Shown here piece by piece: positions 9,557 to 19,034 of a stretch of DNA of 64,000 nt. Within the stretch, counting starts at the first letter, position 1; each line of letters starts with the position of its first letter. A model generated the notes under the pieces. It saw only the letters and a list, made by a program, of their open reading frames with translations, searched no databases and was not told the DNA's origin. The stretch is from Clostridia bacterium (GTDB lineage: Bacteria; Bacillota; Clostridia; Christensenellales; CAG-138): positions 42,864 to 106,863 of the forward strand of contig JAVVVD010000003.1 of the NCBI GenBank assembly GCA_036652795.1, read 5' to 3'. A program made the position numbers and the translations under genes.

Positions 9557-10840
9557 ATGGAAAACGCTCCGCGTCAAAAGAAGAAACTGCCCATTTGGGC
9601 ATTGATATTGATTGTGCTTGGCTCGATAATAATAATCTTTATTATCGTTATCGCCATACTGGGCTTTGGTCTGTTAAACAGGCTTACACGTCCCGGCACC
9701 ATCGTCCCTACGGCCTCGCCCACGCCGGCCATTACCGTATCGGCAGAAACGCCCTCCCCTTCGGCCACACCCACACCCACAAAAACACCGCGGCCCGATA
9801 CTGAGCTGCCGCTTAACGATGTATACGCGCAAACCCGTTTGCCGGATGATGTGTTGAACGCGATGGAAACTAACCGTTTAAACGATGCCCAGTACATCAA
9901 CGTGCTTCTTATCGGCTCTGACAGGCGGGGTAACTCTGGAAATTCCAACTCTGACACGATGATGATAGCCACTATCGATAAAAAGCATAACTCGCTCAAA
10001 CTGACCACCATAATGCGCGATATGCTTGTTGATATCCCCGGCCATGGCTACGCAAAGTTAAATGCCGCGCCAGCTTACGGCGGATACGATCTGCTTATGC
10101 AAACAATAAACCAAAGCTTCTGCCTCAACATAAACCAATATGTTATGGTGGATTTTAAGATGTTTGAAAAAATAGTCGACCGTTTGGGCGGCATTACAAT
10201 ACGTATGAGCGATGCTGAAATAAGCGCAGCCAATGACTGCATAGCGGGTCTAAACCGGCAGCGCGGGCTTGAGGATGTTTGGGATGGGTTCATATTTGCT
10301 CAAGCTGGCAATGTTAAGCTTACGGGCAAACAGGCGCTTGGTTATGCTCGCATACGCCATATGGACAGCGACTTTGTTCGCACAAAGCGCCAGTTTAACG
10401 TTCTCAACACCATCTATTCAAAGTTCATGCGGATGAGTCTCACCAACCGCTATGCTATACTCTACGATCTGCTACCCATGGTGGAAACAAATATGACCAA
10501 CGATAATATCCTGCTTGCAGGTGTGGTGGCGCTAAATCTTAATGTGGATGGCCTGGTTCATCACCGCATACCTGAGGACAATATGTACAAGAGCGGTCGC
10601 TATGATCGCAAGATGGTATTGCTTACAGACCTTCCCGCTAATGCATGGTCGTTGCATAAATTCATCTACGAATCCGTAGAGGTTGGCTCCTCCGTGCCTG
10701 AGCTTGCGCCTGGCGCATCGCTTCCGCCACGCACACCCACGCCCGAATGGCTGCTGCCAACACCTACGCCGTATTATGACGAAAACCAGTTTTTCCTTGA
10801 CAGCGAAGGGAATCTCGTTCCTATTGATCCAGGCATATAG
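9557..10840 (+). CDS. LytR-CpsA-Psr (LCP) family cell-wall polymer ligase
   Basis: N-terminal TM helix and a Pro/Thr linker. LCP motifs VLLIGSDRRG, DTMMIATIDKK and GYARIRHMDSDFVRTKRQ. ATG 9557 is preferred over 9551 on SD (GAGGTG) spacing. Confidence 0.85.
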   Translation: MENAPRQKKKLPIWALILIVLGSIIIIFIIVIAILGFGLLNRLTRPGTIVPTASPTPAITVSAETPSPSATPTPTKTPRPDTELPLNDVYAQTRLPDDVLNAMETNRLNDAQYINVLLIGSDRRGNSGNSNSDTMMIATIDKKHNSLKLTTIMRDMLVDIPGHGYAKLNAAPAYGGYDLLMQTINQSFCLNINQYVMVDFKMFEKIVDRLGGITIRMSDAEISAANDCIAGLNRQRGLEDVWDGFIFAQAGNVKLTGKQALGYARIRHMDSDFVRTKRQFNVLNTIYSKFMRMSLTNRYAILYDLLPMVETNMTNDNILLAGVVALNLNVDGLVHHRIPEDNMYKSGRYDRKMVLLTDLPANAWSLHKFIYESVEVGSSVPELAPGASLPPRTPTPEWLLPTPTPYYDENQFFLDSEGNLVPIDPGI

Positions 10841-10893
10841 AAAATGTATTATTTCACAGAACAGGTTTTGCTTGTGCGCCATACATTAAAGGT

Positions 10894-11538
10894 ATGGCGC
10901 ACGTTTTTATATGCGAATCATCAAACCATACACCTCAGCTGCTTAGGCCGAGTAATAACATCCGCTTCTGCCGCGGTCTTTCGCCGCGTTCCTATGCACC
11001 CAGTGGTTTTATTGCATGGATTGACGCATCGATGCTAGTCGCCTATAACGATTGTTGTGCAGCCTTCGGAATGCCCATATACGCCACTGGTTTCCACAAT
11101 TTATCCAGCGGATCACATCCGGCAGGTTCGGCACATTATGCCGGGCTAGCATTCGATATGGGGCAGGGACTTGATGATAATGAACTGCATATATTGCGCA
11201 AGCTGTGTTTTGAGTTCTTTGATTATGTGCAGCCCAACTATCTGACCCCCAGATGGGTACACGCTGAGCTGTTTGCAAAGGATTTGTGCGGTTATTTTTC
11301 TTATCCGTTCCTTGAAATCGGAAGCTTCGGCACGCATGTTTATTTATTGCAGGACGCGCTTTGCCTTTCAGGCTTTCCAATCGCTCTTACAGGCCGATTC
11401 GGCACGGACACACACGATGCGCTATGTCGCTTCTGCTACGAAAACGCACTATCGGTAACGTCTGGTCTTGTCGACTGTTCCGTATGGCAGGCGCTGATGG
11501 GCAAGGTTATATCCGTCAACCATAAAATAATAACATAA
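10894..11538 (+). CDS. peptidase M15-like zinc peptidase with C-terminal peptidoglycan-binding domain
   Basis: H-x6-D (SAHYAGLAFD) and a later WVHAE are typical of M15/VanY-type D,D- or L,D-peptidases. The C-terminus has a PG_binding_1-like segment (LQDALCLSGFPIALTGRFGTDTHDAL). The start is uncertain and there is no signal peptide. Confidence 0.5.
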   Translation: MAHVFICESSNHTPQLLRPSNNIRFCRGLSPRSYAPSGFIAWIDASMLVAYNDCCAAFGMPIYATGFHNLSSGSHPAGSAHYAGLAFDMGQGLDDNELHILRKLCFEFFDYVQPNYLTPRWVHAELFAKDLCGYFSYPFLEIGSFGTHVYLLQDALCLSGFPIALTGRFGTDTHDALCRFCYENALSVTSGLVDCSVWQALMGKVISVNHKIIT

Positions 11539-11554
11539 GCCGAGCAGGCGTTTT

Positions 11555-12229
11555 TCAGATTATTCCACGCGCATAAAGTGCATCCAGCGTCGCTGCGGCT
11601 ATTGCCTCCACAGCAAGGAACGCTCCGGCCTTCATGCATGGCACAACTATTATCTCCCTATAGCGTGCCGCACACTCAAGATATTTATCTCTCGCGCGCT
11701 GCTGTATACCGCGCGAAGCCTCATATACATCTTTTCTGTCGCCAACATATTCTCTAAATCCCTTTTGGGTAATGTTCGTCTGCGCCTGCCGGGTATCCAC
11801 ATCATAAAAGATTATGGCATCAGGCCGCGGCAGACCAAAATGCCCATATTCCAGTTCGAACACCCAATCCACTATCTCCGGCTTACCAAGATCTATGTCG
11901 CGTATGCTCTGGTATACTGCGTTTGAAAGCACAAAGCGGTTAATGATTAGCACGTCAGCATCGCCATCATGATAGTCCTTGAAATCCTCAAACCTATCCA
12001 GGGCAAACCACAGCGCCATGCTCTTACCGTCCACTTCGCTGGCCGACACCCCATCTGCACTGGATAGCAACTTACCCACCTGCCTGCCAAAAAAGCTTTC
12101 ATAGCACGGATATTCACGCGTGGCCACATCAAGTCCACGCGCGCACAACGCATCATGCAGCATGGCAAACTGCACGCTCTTGCCGCTGCCGTCTATGCCT
12201 TCTATCGCTATTACCTTAGTCTTTCCCAT
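11555..12229 (-). CDS. tmk: thymidylate (dTMP) kinase
   Basis: 224 aa with P-loop IAIEGIDGSGKSVQ and typical length. Overlaps the hflX 3' end. Confidence 0.75.
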   Translation of the reverse strand: MGKTKVIAIEGIDGSGKSVQFAMLHDALCARGLDVATREYPCYESFFGRQVGKLLSSADGVSASEVDGKSMALWFALDRFEDFKDYHDGDADVLIINRFVLSNAVYQSIRDIDLGKPEIVDWVFELEYGHFGLPRPDAIIFYDVDTRQAQTNITQKGFREYVGDRKDVYEASRGIQQRARDKYLECAARYREIIVVPCMKAGAFLAVEAIAAATLDALYARGII

Positions 12230-14003
12230 CGGTTACATCCCCCAGTATCCGTTTTAATCGCCACATAGTTGCATCATCCATCTGCGCTTTAACGAGTGTA
12301 CCGCCGTCCTGATGCACTTCTTCCAATATAAGTCCGTCTGTTCGCAGCAGCGTCATTGCCTCATATTTATCATATGGTATAACGAGCTCCACCGTAGTGC
12401 GAACGCTGTTTAACATCTGTTCAACCCTATCCAGCAACGCCTCCATACCCTCTCCCGTCTTTGCGCTGATTAGGCAGGCTCCGTTAGCGTGTGGTGGCTC
12501 TGTAAGCTTATCTATCTTGTTATACACGTTTATGCGCGCAGTATCTCCCGCCTTGAGTTTAAGCAGCACATCCTCCACCACTGCCATCTGACTATCATAA
12601 TAGGATGACGAGCAATCGACCACATGTAGTATCAGATCTGCCGCCGTGACCTCCTCCAATGTGGATTTAAACGCCTCCACAAGGTCATGCGGCAGCTTGT
12701 TGATAAAGCCCACCGTATCTGAAATCAAAGCCAGTGTTCCGTGCGGGAATTGTACCTGCCGCACAACCGGGTCAAGCGTGGCAAACAACTTATCCTCCGC
12801 AAGAACTCCGGCGTTGGTGAGCGCGTTTAGCAATGTTGACTTGCCTGCGTTTGTATACCCTACAAGCGCAACAAGCGGCGCTATATTGCGTTCCCTACGT
12901 TCCCGACGCAAACCGCGCTGCTTTTCTATCTCATAGAGTTCTTCTTTAAGCTCCGTTATGCGGCTACGAATACGCCGGCGGTCTATCTCCAGCTTTTTTT
13001 CACCTGGGCCGCGCGTACCTATTCCTGCGCCTTGCCGTGATAGCACCGTACCCTGTCCCAATAATCTTGGCAGTCTATATTTGAGCTGTGCAAGTTCAAC
13101 CTGCAACTTACCCTCGCGGGATTGGGCCCGGGATGCGAATATATCCAATATCAATGCAGTGCGGTCAATCACTCGTGCGCCTATTATGGATTCAAGATTC
13201 CTTATCTGCACTGCGCTAAGCTCATCATCGAATATAAACAGCTCCGCTTCCAGCTCACTACCCAGCAAAGAAAGTTCCTCAGCCTTGCCGCTGCCTATAT
13301 ACGTCGCATTATCCACATCCCTGCGGCGCTGCAAAACGCGCCCTACCACCTGTGCGCCCGCTGTTGCCGCAAGTTCTGCAAGCTCTGCAATCGTATCGTA
13401 TCCTTCGTTATTCTCTATCCCCACAAGCACAGCGCGCTCGGGCCTTGCCTCATCCACAGCCTTTGTGCCGCTTTTAAGCCGTGTATCGGCATTGCGTATC
13501 TCTTTGATCAGCTCGCTCTGCGGCAGCTTATACGGGCGCATAGGCCCGAATATTATTACCTGCCGTTCTTCGCCCAACATATCGCCAAGATATCCCGCAT
13601 ACAGCGCGCCCATGCTGCCATCATCATTCACACCTAACGCAGCCATGCAGTCAAGCCGCATACTGCGCAGAGTACCAATATCCACTCCGGACAAGCGTCC
13701 ATCGCCATTGGGATGAGTATGTATGCAGCGCACCCCGCAAAGCCTGTCCTCATTTCTGGAAAGCCGCATATTTGGCATATTCACCTTGCCCGAATCCCCT
13801 ATAGACACATCCACTATCCGTCCATCGCGCGATATGTATACAGATATTTCGCGCCGCAGCTTTGCTGTAAACCTTGCAAGCAGCTCAAGCATCTCAAAGG
13901 GTGCAAACTCGCTCGCATCCATCGTATAATCATACAAGGCAGCCATTTCATTGAGCAGCGTCGTCTTTATTCCGTCCGTATTCCCATTTACCTTATCTGC
14001 CAT
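12216..14003 (-). CDS. hflX: GTPase HflX, long form with N-terminal JAB/MPN-like extension
   Basis: The HflX core starts near ERAVLVGIENN. G1 is GYTNAGKSTLLNAL and G2 is FATLDP. ATG 14003 (SD GAGGG) is preferred over TTG 14021. The N-terminal ~190 aa carry HTHPNGDGRLSGVD. Confidence 0.9.
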   Translation of the reverse strand: MADKVNGNTDGIKTTLLNEMAALYDYTMDASEFAPFEMLELLARFTAKLRREISVYISRDGRIVDVSIGDSGKVNMPNMRLSRNEDRLCGVRCIHTHPNGDGRLSGVDIGTLRSMRLDCMAALGVNDDGSMGALYAGYLGDMLGEERQVIIFGPMRPYKLPQSELIKEIRNADTRLKSGTKAVDEARPERAVLVGIENNEGYDTIAELAELAATAGAQVVGRVLQRRRDVDNATYIGSGKAEELSLLGSELEAELFIFDDELSAVQIRNLESIIGARVIDRTALILDIFASRAQSREGKLQVELAQLKYRLPRLLGQGTVLSRQGAGIGTRGPGEKKLEIDRRRIRSRITELKEELYEIEKQRGLRRERRERNIAPLVALVGYTNAGKSTLLNALTNAGVLAEDKLFATLDPVVRQVQFPHGTLALISDTVGFINKLPHDLVEAFKSTLEEVTAADLILHVVDCSSSYYDSQMAVVEDVLLKLKAGDTARINVYNKIDKLTEPPHANGACLISAKTGEGMEALLDRVEQMLNSVRTTVELVIPYDKYEAMTLLRTDGLILEEVHQDGGTLVKAQMDDATMWRLKRILGDVTDGKD

Positions 14004-14139
14004 ACAACCCTCGCTTATCAAAATTACGTTTATTATAGTATTATCTCAAAAGGGATTTGATATTTCAGCCATCGTTCCCGATTCTTTCAAAAGGAGTTGG
14101 AAGGCGGATATATGTTCCTTATGGCGCACAATAAACGCA

Positions 14140-15480
14140 TTATACATGGTTATTATAGCATAATTTCCCTCTTGCGCCCACTGCCGCGCACACTTTTGGC
14201 CCCAACACCATCATCATTATTATGTTTGGCAGCGCCATAAGCGAATCCAGTGTTTCGCCAACCCTCCACACAGCGGATACACGCATAGGCGCACCAATTA
14301 TAAGGCACAGTATGAACACCGCACGATATACCCATACCCATTTATCCGGTAAAAGGAATTCAGCGCACCGTACCCCATAAAACGACCAGCCAAGTATCGC
14401 CGTAAATGCAAATAACATTATGGACACAGCAAGAAATGGCCGTGCAAATCCAGAGAATGCCGTTGCAAGCGCCGCACCGGCAATATTCATCCCATCCGCG
14501 TCCATGTTACCATATGGAATAGGCACGCCTGAGCAAAGTATCATAAAGCCTGTAAGCGTGCACAGCACCATAGTGTCCACAAATACCTCAACTATACCCA
14601 GCATCCCCTGCGCTTTTGCCGTGCACTCCGCTGAGGCATGGGCGATAGGGCTGCTGCCCATGCCAGCCTCATGCGTAAACACGCCACGTATAACTCCGCA
14701 CTTTAGGGTTTGAATAAATGTAAAGCCGGCTATTCCGCCTGCCGCCGGCCGAAGCGTGCCGAATGCCGAGCGCATTATCAGCATAAACATCTCCGGTAGC
14801 ACGCTGATATTTGGTATTATCACAGTCAGCGTAGCAACGATATACAATATGCTCATAAATGGAACAAGCATAGCCGTTGCATGCGTAATTCGATTAAGTC
14901 CGCCAAACGTTATCACCGCCACAGCAACGGCCACAATCGCGCCTACTGTAATATCCACCATAGGCGCACTGACTCCTGTTGCCTCGCTTACCGCCGCAGC
15001 TATGGTGTTCACCTGCACCATGTTCCCCGCACCCAGCGCTGCACCCATGCCGAATATACAGAACAACACCGCCATAAAGCCAAAGCGCTTATCCATTCCA
15101 TATTTAATGCAGTACATCGCCCCACCCACGCGCTCAGCGCGCTTGTTTACCGTGCGGTAACGCACTGCCAGCACCACCTCAAGATACTTCGTAGCCATAC
15201 CCAATAGCGCACTTATCCACATCCAAAACAACGCGCCTGGGCCACCTATGGCCAAAGCCGAAGCCACCCCTGCAATATTGCCTGTACCCACAGAGCCTGC
15301 AAGCGCTGTGCTCAGCGCTTCAAACGGTGTTACCCCGCTATGCTGCCTGACGCCGCGCCCTAACATAGATCTGAATATTCCCCGCGCATCGCAAAATTGC
15401 ACAAAGCGCGTGATGTATGTAAAATACACCCCGCTTATCAGCAGAAATGCCGACATTATAAGATTGAATTCCTCGTACAT
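14140..15480 (-). CDS. alanine/glycine:cation symporter (AGCS family amino acid carrier)
   Basis: 446 aa and polytopic. Signature GVTPFEALSTALAGSVGTGNIAGVA. Confidence 0.9.
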   Translation of the reverse strand: MYEEFNLIMSAFLLISGVYFTYITRFVQFCDARGIFRSMLGRGVRQHSGVTPFEALSTALAGSVGTGNIAGVASALAIGGPGALFWMWISALLGMATKYLEVVLAVRYRTVNKRAERVGGAMYCIKYGMDKRFGFMAVLFCIFGMGAALGAGNMVQVNTIAAAVSEATGVSAPMVDITVGAIVAVAVAVITFGGLNRITHATAMLVPFMSILYIVATLTVIIPNISVLPEMFMLIMRSAFGTLRPAAGGIAGFTFIQTLKCGVIRGVFTHEAGMGSSPIAHASAECTAKAQGMLGIVEVFVDTMVLCTLTGFMILCSGVPIPYGNMDADGMNIAGAALATAFSGFARPFLAVSIMLFAFTAILGWSFYGVRCAEFLLPDKWVWVYRAVFILCLIIGAPMRVSAVWRVGETLDSLMALPNIIMMMVLGPKVCAAVGARGKLCYNNHV

Positions 15481-15517
15481 AAAAGCAACACCCCTGCAAG
15501 CTTATGCAGGGGTGCTG
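15481..15517 (-). terminator. intrinsic terminator after the beta-propeller gene
   Basis: 10-bp GC-rich stem CACCCCTGCA/TGCAGGGGTG with a 6-nt loop, followed on the minus strand by TTTT. Confidence 0.6.
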
Positions 15518-15529
15518 TTGTTATATTAC

Positions 15530-17308
15530 TTATTTGAGCTTAATACCATATATCTTGGATTTACGCGTCCCTATTACTATCATGTTGTCAAAGGCTGCCG
15601 GGCTTGCCTCGAAGTTGCCCTCCAACTCCAGCTTATCAAGCAGTGTACCATCCTTGCCGTCAAACAGATACATCTTACCCGCCGAGTCAAACGTTACTAC
15701 ATAGCCATTTCCCACATCGTCATACATCACTATCGGCGATGACCATGAATATCCGTCAAGGTTTTTCTTCCATCTTTCGGCACCAGTATTCTTATCATAT
15801 GCAACTATTATTCCGTGCGTATCTATATCTATGGTCTTTGCATAGTTTACAAATACAAGATCACTGAGGTTGTTTTTGCCTATCGCCGCGGTGTCCTGTA
15901 TACCGCCTGAAATGTTGCTGTTACGAGAGCAGCGATATGGCTCCGACTTCCATTCGATTTCGCCCGTTATACCGTTTATCTTCCAGAATGGGATATACCC
16001 TGTATCGTTGCCATCAGCCATCCAGTGCAGCGATGTTCCAATGTAGATATATGGCGTACGCGTCTTCTCATCCACCTCAAACACAGGCGTACAGTTGGTA
16101 TCATCCAGCACATCCTGAATCCACACCACCTGCATCGTATTTGTATCTATGCACAACAGGTCGCCGCAATTATCTGAAACATACATGTAGTTGCGCCAGA
16201 TTATCGGGCTGGATTCAAAGCCAAGCCAATAGGTGTTATTTTCAAGCCCCTTGCGTGAGCGCTCCGTGGTATAGCGCCACTTCATAATATCTGTGGGATT
16301 TACGCTTATCGTACCTGCTTGCTCGTCATATAACGTGTTGAGTTTAAACTGGTATATTATTCCTGATTCCGATGCGTACGTAACCATATCACTGCCTGCA
16401 TGCACCAGCGTGGCAGCATCGAACGCCTTGAATGAGCGATGCGCAAACGGATCGTCGGCACCATAGCTGTATAGTTTCTTTCCGTCTATAAGGCTGAATA
16501 TCATGTTTTGAGCATGACCGTTTGGGCCGTCATCGCCTGCGCCAACGTACAACAGCGGATAGCCGCGCGGATCAAGGCTGCCTGAACCCTTGAACGTCCA
16601 CTGTCCGTTTATTTTATCGCGGGTGGACTCTCCATCATTCAGATCGTAGAAGTAAATGTATCCGTTCTCCGTAGCATATATTACCTCAATCAATCCATCC
16701 TTGCTCTTTTTGCCGTCGAATATATTCATCACGCGGCGCGTGGATTCCGGCCAACGCACTATCAATGGCTGGCCCGTCCAGCCGCAGCCGAACCATGATC
16801 CATCGCTTGGATTGCCCTTGGCTATTGTTCCAGGAATATCCTTGGCCCACACCACCTCAAGCTTTTTTTCACTCACAGCGCCCGCCGTGCCGTAGGTAGG
16901 ATCACTTCTAAAATTATTGCCACGGAATGTGATAACGCCTTCCATGTTACTATATTCGTTTGTTTCACCAAAGCTCAGATCAGCTGGAGCCGTATAGCTG
17001 CTTATTGATTCTCCGTTAAGCTGCATTTCCGGCTGTAATCCGAAGTTTTCCGCCTTTGTGCCGTCTACCGCCGCAGGATTTGGTATTGGCGGTAGCGTTG
17101 GCGTTGGCACAGGCGTAGGTTCCGGCGTTTCCGTTGGATCTTCTCCAAACCACCCGTCTATACCCGGCTTTTGGCCGCCATTGGGCATTTTGCTTTGGCA
17201 ACTGTTTGTTATTAGCAAAATAGCAAGCACTAGCGCGATTATGAACAGCACCAGTATTGTTATTGCACGTGCTATGCGTTTGCTTCGCCTTATAGTCTGT
17301 TTTCTCAT
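15530..17308 (-). CDS. membrane-anchored PQQ-like/BamB-like beta-propeller repeat protein
   Basis: 592 aa. N-terminal TM helix, a Pro/Thr-rich linker (PTETPEPTPVPTPTLPPIPNP), then repeated beta-strand-rich W/G/D segments resembling PQQ-like repeats. Confidence 0.6.
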   Translation of the reverse strand: MRKQTIRRSKRIARAITILVLFIIALVLAILLITNSCQSKMPNGGQKPGIDGWFGEDPTETPEPTPVPTPTLPPIPNPAAVDGTKAENFGLQPEMQLNGESISSYTAPADLSFGETNEYSNMEGVITFRGNNFRSDPTYGTAGAVSEKKLEVVWAKDIPGTIAKGNPSDGSWFGCGWTGQPLIVRWPESTRRVMNIFDGKKSKDGLIEVIYATENGYIYFYDLNDGESTRDKINGQWTFKGSGSLDPRGYPLLYVGAGDDGPNGHAQNMIFSLIDGKKLYSYGADDPFAHRSFKAFDAATLVHAGSDMVTYASESGIIYQFKLNTLYDEQAGTISVNPTDIMKWRYTTERSRKGLENNTYWLGFESSPIIWRNYMYVSDNCGDLLCIDTNTMQVVWIQDVLDDTNCTPVFEVDEKTRTPYIYIGTSLHWMADGNDTGYIPFWKINGITGEIEWKSEPYRCSRNSNISGGIQDTAAIGKNNLSDLVFVNYAKTIDIDTHGIIVAYDKNTGAERWKKNLDGYSWSSPIVMYDDVGNGYVVTFDSAGKMYLFDGKDGTLLDKLELEGNFEASPAAFDNMIVIGTRKSKIYGIKLK

Positions 17309-17520
17309 CCGTTAATTACCTCATATTTTCGGTCATTTTCCGCTCCGATTACGCAAAACTCCGTGATATTGCACGTAAGATTATACTCTAATTCTACTTT
17401 ATGGGCAACATCATTAACGAGGTTGTTCACTAATGGCGCATTGTTTACAAATCGGTAAATATATAGCCTGACTATCAATATTCCTCGCTATCCGATAGAG
17501 CCAATCATCAAGCGGCAATA

Positions 17521-17703
17521 TCAAGCAACCTTGCTTACCGCCTCATCACGAAGATCGCACACATAGAGCCTGCGCTTTGACTTTTTCACAAACGCTGTCT
17601 GCCTGCTTTTACGCGTTGTACGCCGCATCAACACAGACGCACACATTATGCCCAAAATTATGCCCGGAACCATAAAAGTAAAAAATAAGCCAAAGTAGTT
17701 CAT
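17521..17703 (-). CDS. small membrane protein, unknown function
   Basis: 60 aa with one TM helix and a basic tail. SD AAAGGGG lies before the ATG. Confidence 0.45.
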   Translation of the reverse strand: MNYFGLFFTFMVPGIILGIMCASVLMRRTTRKSRQTAFVKKSKRRLYVCDLRDEAVSKVA

Positions 17704-17727
17704 GATAAGCCCCTTTCAGATGCTGTG

Positions 17728-17745
17728 ATTTCTTTTTAGGATACA
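17728..17745 (+). repeat. upstream copy of the 18-nt direct repeat ATTTCTTTTTAGGATACA
   Basis: Identical 18-mer recurs at 17878-17895, exactly 150 bp downstream, where it overlaps a promoter. Confidence 0.7.
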
Positions 17746-17868
17746 TTATGCACATAACTCAGGTATCGCGCCTGTAAACTATTGCTCTTTTATGCCTGTA
17801 AACAGATTATAGTATCTTATTCCGATACTGTCAATCCTATTTATGGTACTTTACCTGCTAAATTTTGC

Positions 17869-17897
17869 TTGATTAGTATTTCTTTTTAGGATACAAT
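17869..17897 (+). promoter_or_regulatory. sigma-A-like promoter of the small-ORF/repressor operon, overlapped by the second 18-mer repeat
   Basis: TTGATT, a 17-nt spacer, then TACAAT, about 30 nt upstream of the ATG at 17926. Confidence 0.5.
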
Positions 17898-17925
17898 ATA
17901 ATTGAAAAAAAGGAGATAGAAATTA

Positions 17926-18147
17926 ATGCGAACGGAAGAAGAAATGAAAAGGCTGACAATGCCAATAAGGGCGACGGTTCCGCAATGCGCGAAGTGCGCT
18001 CTGTTTCAGACGCCGGGCGAAAGCAGGATGCTCACTTGCAAGGCGTTCCCGAACGGGATACCAAAGGAGCTGATGTTAAACAAAGTGGATCACTTCAAGG
18101 AAAACTACCCGGGGGACAACGGAACACTGGGAAAACCGAAGAATTAA
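17926..18147 (+). CDS. small Cys-containing hypothetical protein
   Basis: 73 aa. SD AAAGGAG lies upstream. Contains CAKC...C. Lies directly upstream of the repressor gene on the same strand. Confidence 0.45.
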   Translation: MRTEEEMKRLTMPIRATVPQCAKCALFQTPGESRMLTCKAFPNGIPKELMLNKVDHFKENYPGDNGTLGKPKN

Positions 18148-18182
18148 AGCCGCATACAAATAAACATATGTTGGAGGATTGC

Positions 18183-18812
18183 ATGGATCGTTTAAAGGAA
18201 TTGCGTTTGAAGCGCGGCATCACCCAGGACGAGCTTGGCCATATGCTCGGCGTACAAAAAGCCGCTATATGCAAATATGAAACAGGGCGTGTGTCATTGC
18301 CAAATGAAATTCTTATGAAGCTGTGCAACATATTCAACGTATCGGCGGATCATCTTTTGGGCCGTGACAGCGTTAACCCGCTGTTTAAAAGCGCCGGCAA
18401 CCTATCCTCCGCCTTTATGCCGGTTATCGATACCGTGGGCGTGCCACTTGTTGGTAAGGTCCATGCCGGTATGCCAATACTTGCGAATGAAAACATAACC
18501 GAATACATACCATTGCCGGCAAATGATGTTTCGGTTGGCGAGTACTTTTATATGGAAGTAGAAGGCGACTGCATGACCGGCGAATATATCCCCGAGGGCG
18601 CGCTGGTGCTGATACGGCTACAATCCCGCGTTGAAAATGGGCAGATTGCAGTCGTACGTCTTGATGATGAAGTGCTACTGCGCAAGGTCAAATGGATGGA
18701 TGAGCATCTGATACTTATCCCCGCCAACATCAAATATGAACCACTTATCGTTACAGGCGGAGATGTAGAGATAGTTGGTCGCGTTGTTGAAGTGCGTATA
18801 CGCGGATTATAA
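18183..18812 (+). CDS. XRE-HTH / peptidase S24 (LexA/CI-like) repressor
   Basis: ORF 17985..18812 trimmed to the ATG at 18183 (SD GGAGGA 4 nt upstream). HTH is LRLKRGITQDELGHMLGVQKAAICKYETG. S24 domain has an Ala-Gly site (KVHAGMP) and LLRKV lysine, but GDCM instead of GDSM. Confidence 0.85.
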   Translation: MDRLKELRLKRGITQDELGHMLGVQKAAICKYETGRVSLPNEILMKLCNIFNVSADHLLGRDSVNPLFKSAGNLSSAFMPVIDTVGVPLVGKVHAGMPILANENITEYIPLPANDVSVGEYFYMEVEGDCMTGEYIPEGALVLIRLQSRVENGQIAVVRLDDEVLLRKVKWMDEHLILIPANIKYEPLIVTGGDVEIVGRVVEVRIRGL

Positions 18813-18871
18813 TGTTATTATACATATGTTTTGTATGCACTAAAATGCGCTGAAAATCCGCTTGTTTACCC

Positions 18872-18900
18872 TTGACAACGTGTTTCGTATGCGCTACAAT
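18872..18900 (+). promoter_or_regulatory. sigma-A-like promoter of the tRNA operon
   Basis: TTGACA, a 17-nt spacer, then TACAAT, 34 nt upstream of tRNA-Gly. Confidence 0.6.
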
Positions 18901-18933
18901 ATCCAAGTGCGAAAAAGATTGCAATCTTTTCCT

Positions 18934-19009
18934 GCGGGAGTAGCTCATTCGGTAGAGCGCCGCCTTGCCAAGGCGGAGGTGGCGGGTTCGAACCCCGTCT
19001 CCCGCTCCA
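18934..19009 (+). tRNA. tRNA-Gly (anticodon GCC), CCA encoded
   Basis: Manual cloverleaf: acceptor GCGGGAG/CTCCCGC, D arm GCTC..GAGC, anticodon arm CCGCC-TTGCCAA-GGCGG, T arm GCGGG-TTCGAAC-CCCGT. Confidence 0.9.
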
Positions 19010-19034
19010 TTTTACACTTTGGTAGTTTAGTACG

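Noticed and set aside
12958-13716. Long Ser/Ala/Pro-rich plus-strand ORF inside hflX. There are similar shadow ORFs in tadA, tadB, pst, ftsH, opp and other genes.
   Set aside because: Typical antisense shadow ORFs of strongly supported genes. They have low-complexity composition and no SD or motifs.
17985-18182. N-terminal 66-aa extension of the repressor ORF as given in the track
   Set aside because: The extension overlaps the upstream 73-aa ORF in another frame and lacks an SD. The ATG at 18183 has a GGAGGA SD and starts exactly at the HTH domain.
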